Shown here piece by piece: positions 58,186 through 64,000 of a DNA stretch of 64,000 nt. Under the pieces are notes generated by a model. The model made no database searches, had not been told where the DNA came from, and saw nothing but the letters and a program-made list of their open reading frames with translations. The translations under genes and the position numbers were made by a program. Each line of letters starts with the position of its first letter. The stretch's first letter is position 1. Source of the stretch: the human T2T-CHM13v2.0 reference genome, Homo sapiens; NCBI RefSeq assembly GCF_009914755.1, contig NC_060925.1, one strand, 5' to 3'.

Positions 58186-58733
58186 CAGTCATGTACTACA
58201 TAATGATGTTTCAGTCTATGATGCACAACATATATGGTGGTGTTCCCATGAGAGTATAATGGGGAGCTGAAAAATTCTTATGTAATGACATTGTAACCAT
58301 TGTAATGTTGTAGTGCAACATATAATTCATTTTTTATGGTGTTACTGGTGTAAACAAACCTGTGATGTGAGTTGTGTAAGAAGTAAAGAAAAATGTATAA
58401 AAAATCTTATAAGGATAGAAAGCATTTTTATACAACTATATAATATGTTTGAATTTTAAGCTAGTGTTATTACAAAATAGTTGAAAAACTTTTAAAAAAT
58501 TTAAAACTTTATGAAGTAAAAACATTACAGTAGCCTAAAGTTAATTTATTATTGAAGAAAAAATATTTTTTATAAATTTGGTGTATCCTAACTCTAAAGT
58601 GTTTATAAAGTCTACAGTGGTGCACAATAATGTCCTAGGCCCTCACAGTCACTCACCATTCACTCACTGACTCATCCTGGGCAACTTCTAGTCCTGGAAG
58701 CTCTGTTCGTGGTAAGTGTCCTATACAGGTGGA

Positions 58734-58778
<45 letters not shown>

Positions 58779-59055
58779 TTTAATACTATATGTTTACTGT
58801 AACTTTTCTATGTTTAAATGTGTTAGCTACACAAATACTTACCATTGTGTTACAATTGCCTTCAGTATTCAGCGTAGTAATACGCTGTACCGGTGTGTAG
58901 CCTAGAAGCAATAGGCTATTCTATATATCCTAGGTGTGTGTAGTAGAATATACTATCTTGGTTTGTGTAAGTATATTCTATGATGTTTGCACAATGAAAT
59001 TTTCAAATAACACATTTCTCAGAATGTATCTCCATTGTTAATTGACACATGACTA
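58186..59055. mobile_element. Tigger3 (Golem/MER7) non-autonomous derivative with internal poly(T) at ~58736-58776
   Basis: TIRs ta|cagtcatg ... cacatgacta|ta. Confidence 0.85.
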
Positions 59056-59612
59056 TATAAAATATAATAATGGTAGTCAAACTTTTTTATGAAGCTCAAT
59101 TGACAACTTTAAAAATTCTATTGGGAACTTAAAATAAATGTGATAAAATAACCACTCTCTTGTGATGTGAATGTCTTGATTGATAAGTAAAAATGTTTCA
59201 CTGTAATTCCTACAGTCATATAAAATTCTAAGTAATGTATAAAAATATCTTTGTTTTCTGCCTGAGACTTATATAGAGATTTTAATTTACAAAATACCAT
59301 TGATATATTATTTTACTTAGCCAACCAACATATGTGGCATTTTATTAGTTATTTTAATGAGGAAACTGAGGATAGACATTTACGTGTTTCGTTTAGAGAG
59401 ACAAAATAAATTGTGTCATTTAAATGAATACCATATAAAGTATTATTCTCTATAAAAATTATATGCTACTATGTGGATACATTAATCACTCTAGCATTAC
59501 CATTCAGTGGATCTTGCCATCATGGGGAAAGGGCCACAAAATATCCTGTCATGTGTGTAATAAAATAGTTGGTATTTATAATTGATAAACCTAGGCAGAT
59601 GGGGTTTTAAAA

Positions 59613-59638
59613 TGTGTGTGTGTGTGTGTGTGTGTGTG
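59613..59638. repeat. (TG)n microsatellite
   Basis: Directly visible. Confidence 0.95.
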
Positions 59639-61694
59639 ATTACACAGGTAATAACATGAAGTTCAAAACCATTAAAATATGGAGTCGTGTTTTTAAAATA
59701 ATTTTTTACTCTGTATCACTCTTCTCCCAACGTTGCTTCCAAGAGTTTACTTTTAAATGAGCATCCGATATGAAGTCCGAGGAGCATGAATGTTTAACTT
59801 TATCAATTCCTTTTTTGAGTCTTTTTTTTCCTGGGATCTTGATTTTTCTGGATTCACACTTCTTTGAGAAATCTATTGACGTTTTCCACCTGTGAAAGTG
59901 TGAAAAAGAGAGAGAGTTAGTTGGCAGTTGTGAATGTCTGGTGAGAGGAGTAGTCTAAGTGGTTGTTTGGCAGATCTTAAAAGGGAAATATGGAGAAAAC
60001 ATAACTGCAACAAATTAAATTTCTATAAATGGAACCTCTTTATTAACTAAAGGTAAAGTTAGAGTTAAAGTTTGAGCAATGTCAAGGACAGGAAGAAAAC
60101 ATCTTGTGACTGTAAATAAATTCATGGGAAGACATGTGTCCACACAGGGCTCTCAGGTTTTCGGGGACCAGGTTGGTGGGGAGGAGTAACAACTGCAGAG
60201 TAATGGGAATAGAGGGTAACTGAAAATGAGAGTACACAGTGATTTATAATAAAGAATATTATGAGTCCTCCAGGTAGTGAGATTACTCTCACAAGTTTGT
60301 TCTTAGTGAGGCATACAGCAGGAAAGCAAATAGTCCAATGATTCCTACACCATTATAGGGAGGGAACACTTTAAGATTAGGAGCCATGTCTTATGTATCT
60401 ACCTAATTCCATTCCTGATTCCTAAGTAAAGGGTGGAAGTACATGTTTGATTATTTGACTATTAGAACACATCAACTTTAATAAACTGGTAACTTAGTGG
60501 TACCAAAGAAATGGAGGAGGAATAAACATTTTACTCAAATGTATTGCTATTTAGAGTTGTCATATTTATAAAACAAAACAAAAATAACAGGATATGTAGG
60601 AAAATTGGAATTTTAGATAAACTTCAAATTTTTTTAGAATAAACATATCCCAAATATTGCCTCCTGTGTTTTATTTGGCAAACCAAATAGTATCAAATTT
60701 CTCAACACCACCTTGCCCCTTGTATATTTGGCTACATTTAATGTCTGGTTTGTTTCTTCTAAACATTCTTAATTAGAACTGGTTAATGGATTGAAGCTGT
60801 AACTTTAAGTTTGAATTTTGTCAACAAAAATTACATTTTATTTTATCTTTTCTCTCTATGATATAAAATGTAGTAATACTTTGAGGCCTGTACCATTAAA
60901 AAATGATAATGTCTACACTTTTGAGGACAACGTAAATTGACATCCTATTGCAGTTTTTATGGAATCAAACTGAGTTCACTGAATACAAATATCAAAATAA
61001 CATGAATCATATCTTATATTATCCTGCTTAAGCTGACAAAGGGGATTCATAGACACAGCTGCCATTCCTTCAGGCATTTATTCAGCTCTCTTTTTACAAA
61101 TATAAGTACCTACTCTCATCATTTTTATCATTTATCTCTGAAAGCTGAAACTGGTTGGACCGTATTTTCCTGCAACTAGAGTATAAACAGGATTTTCTAA
61201 TAGAACTTGGAAATATGCACTCATTGTAAGTTTTATTATTTCTCCGGTTTCTTCCTGTAGAGTGAATTGGTTTAGGAACCTCTAGGTTACAAGAATCACG
61301 GCTTATACGTCTTTGTTTATATATTTAGAACTTTAGTTATAGAAGGCATTCTGAATGTATATTGTTGATAATGATGAATAAAACAACTGATTCCCTTAAT
61401 AAATGACTAAGACCATTTCTTATTTTTTAGCCTTTTATGTTTTGACATATTCTAAAAGTAGTTATCTTCCTTACATGCACACACAGATACATGTAAGCAA
61501 AGTATATGTGTAGTGCAATTTTAAAGTTTAAACCCTTTACATGTAATGTCATGAAGGAGCTCAAGTGTGCTTATTTCTTATTAAACATTTACTTTTGAAG
61601 GTTTTACTTGTAAAACTCTGTTTTAACATCATTTTCATGACGGAGTAACAATTTATGGTTTTGACTAATAGCTAGGTAATATTCCCTATTTTTC

Positions 61695-62045
61695 ATGAGT
61701 TAGGAAAATTGGGCTGCATATAATAGTAATACCAAAACAGTGTGTTAAATTATTTTTTAAAAAACATTGATTATTCCACATAACAGAAACAGTATCAGTG
61801 TTGGTTCAGTAGCTCCGTGACATCCTTCTGCACTGCCATCATCAAAGCATCGGGCTTTGCTTTCAGGTTTGTTGCTTCATGATTACAAGGTGACTGCTAC
61901 AGAGCTAAACATCACATCCTCCCTTTACCAAGTCCAAGGCTTATGTAAGCAGTGAGGTTAGAATGGCTAAAGAGTTCTCTAAATGTTTCTGTTTTAATCA
62001 GAAAGCAAAACATTTCCCAAATGTTTTCCAGCAGATTTCCTTTCC
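61695..62045 (-). mobile_element. LTR33-like ERVL LTR fragment
   Basis: gcttcatgattacaaggtgactgctacag...acatcacatcc...tttccagcagatttcct. Confidence 0.65.
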
Positions 62046-62547
62046 CTGCAGAATAGATTCGGGGACCATGTTTTGCTTTCTGACCTTTGAGAAGCCCACC
62101 ACCTCAGTTTCTTAGGCTCCATTCTAAGTCTCATTCTAAGTGTTAAAAGGAAGATAACTACTTTTAGAATATGTCAAAACACTGTTGGGAGGTCATTCAT
62201 CCCAACAGTGAGGTTTAACTCTTGCCTTTGTGCTTGCAGACTTTAGAAAAATGAGACTGTGATGGAAAAGTCTCATTCTAAGTGTTAGTAGATATTTCTT
62301 TAGTTCTTGAATTTCTGTGTTTGTGTTGGTTTAATTTTGAATGAAGTGAAGTGTGAGAACATTGTTATGAGCTGAACTTCTATCATGCTAATGAACCAAA
62401 CTGAATTATGCAATTTTATTTATGTGACATTTCATGCTTATGATGTAATGATATAAAATAGGCTAATAATTGAGACCAACATTAGGATTATAAAGAAAAG
62501 ATCTTTACAATCTTAAATAAAAACTTTTTCTTAAAAAAAACACATTT

Positions 62548-63822
62548 AGCACTTAAAATGTAATACCTGAAATTATGAAACTACTAGAAGCAAACATTGG
62601 GGAAATGTTTCAGGACACCAGTCTGGGCAAATTTTTTTTTTGGGTAAGACCTCAAAAAGTACAGGCAACAAAAGCACAAATAGACAAATAAGATTATATC
62701 AAGCTAAAAACTTCTGTACAGAAAGGGAAAGAACCAACAGAGTGAAGCGACAACTTACAAAATAAGAAAACATATTTTCAAACTCTCCATTTGATAAAGG
62801 ATTAAGAACCAGAATATATAAGGGACTCAACTCAATAGCAAAAAACAAATAATTCAATAGAAAAATGAGCCAATGATCTGAATAGACATTTATCAAAAGA
62901 AGACATACAAAGGGCCAACAGACAGGAAAAAGTGTTCAACATTACTAATCATCAGGAAATGCAAATCAAAACTACATGGAGATATCTTCTCACCCAAGTT
63001 AAAATGTTCATTATCAAAAAGGTAAAAAAAAAAAATACCTAAACAGATGCTGAAGGGGATCTAGAGAATGGGGAATGCCAGTCCACTGGTAGTGGGACTG
63101 TAAATTAGTACGGCTACTATGGAAAACAGTATGGTGTTTCCCCACAAAAATTAAAAGTATAACTGCCACGTAATCTTAGCAATTTCACAGCTTGGTACAT
63201 ATCTTAAAAAAGGTAATATACCTAAGAGATATTTGCATACTCATGTTTATTGCAGCACTATTCATAACAGTGAAGATATGAAATCAACCTAAGTGTTTGT
63301 CAATAGATATGTGAATAAAGAAAATGTCTGTATACACAAGGCAATACTATCCAGCCATAGAAAGAAAATAAAATCTGTCATTTGCAGCAACATGGGTGGA
63401 ACTGGAAGTCATGTTAAGTGAAATAAGCCAGACATAGACAAATATCCTATATTTTTACTCACATGTAGGAGCTATGAAAGCTGATCTCATAGAGGCAGAG
63501 AGTGGAATGCTGGTTACCAGAGGCTGGGGAGGGTAGAGGGCAGGGGATGAAGGGAGGTTGGTTAATGGGCACAAAAATACAATTAGAAGAAATAACTTCT
63601 AGTGTTTGATAGCACAGGATCGTGGCTATAGTTAATAATTTATCATATATTTCAAAATAGCTGGAAAAAAATGATTTGAAATGCTCCCAACACAAAGAAA
63701 TGATAAATGCTTGAGGTGAAGAATAGCTTAATTGCCCTGATTTGATCATTACACATTGTATACATGTATCAAATGATCACATGTACCCCATAATATGTAT
63801 AATTATTATGTATCAGTAAAAA
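62548..63822 (+). mobile_element. L1MA (MA4-6-like) 3' fragment
   Basis: ORF2 C-terminal remnants then 3'UTR cccaacacaaagaaatgataaatg...tgatttgatcattacacattgta. Confidence 0.9.
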
Positions 63823-64000
63823 ATGTGGCTTTATTTTTTGTGATTTTTTAAATGCAGATTTTTAAATTTGGTTTTATGTTCTTGTGTTGGGTGTTGACAA
63901 GAGTAGAAATGAGAAGGAGGTGGCTTAGTGAAGGTTAGTATAGAGGAAGAAATGGTTTCTAAAAAATTTCTAGCAAGAACTCTTTTTGCTGGGTTTGGAA

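Noticed and set aside
62160-62290. H/ACA snoRNA or CRISPR-like reading of the hairpin cassette
   Set aside because: No ANANNA hinge or pseudouridylation pockets; only two repeats, human DNA, no cas genes

Overview
AT-rich, repeat-dense human (hominoid) genomic DNA, intronic or intergenic, with no host protein-coding gene I can name. Bases 1-4849 are the 5' ~4.85 kb of a full-length-type L1HS on the minus strand. Its 5'UTR, ORF1 and antisense ORF0 are intact, and ORF2 is broken by a single nonsense codon (W261*). The rest is layered mobile-element history: 8 Alus, L1PA fragments including a twin-primed 5' inversion, MaLR and ERVL LTRs, a complete THE1 provirus with a perfect TSD, and DNA transposons (MER1B, Tigger2a, Tigger3, MER94). 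A near full-length ancient L1M (34050-42760) hosts four nested insertions, including an RPL23A processed pseudogene. I see no intact, novel multi-gene system. The most unusual object is the LTR40-type (ERVL-class) proviral remnant at 34700-36298. It keeps a 5' LTR stub, a full 3' LTR and a degenerate gamma-type envelope gene (CWFC motif in SU, immunosuppressive domain in TM). Subfamily names come from recalled consensus sequences, not from a database search.
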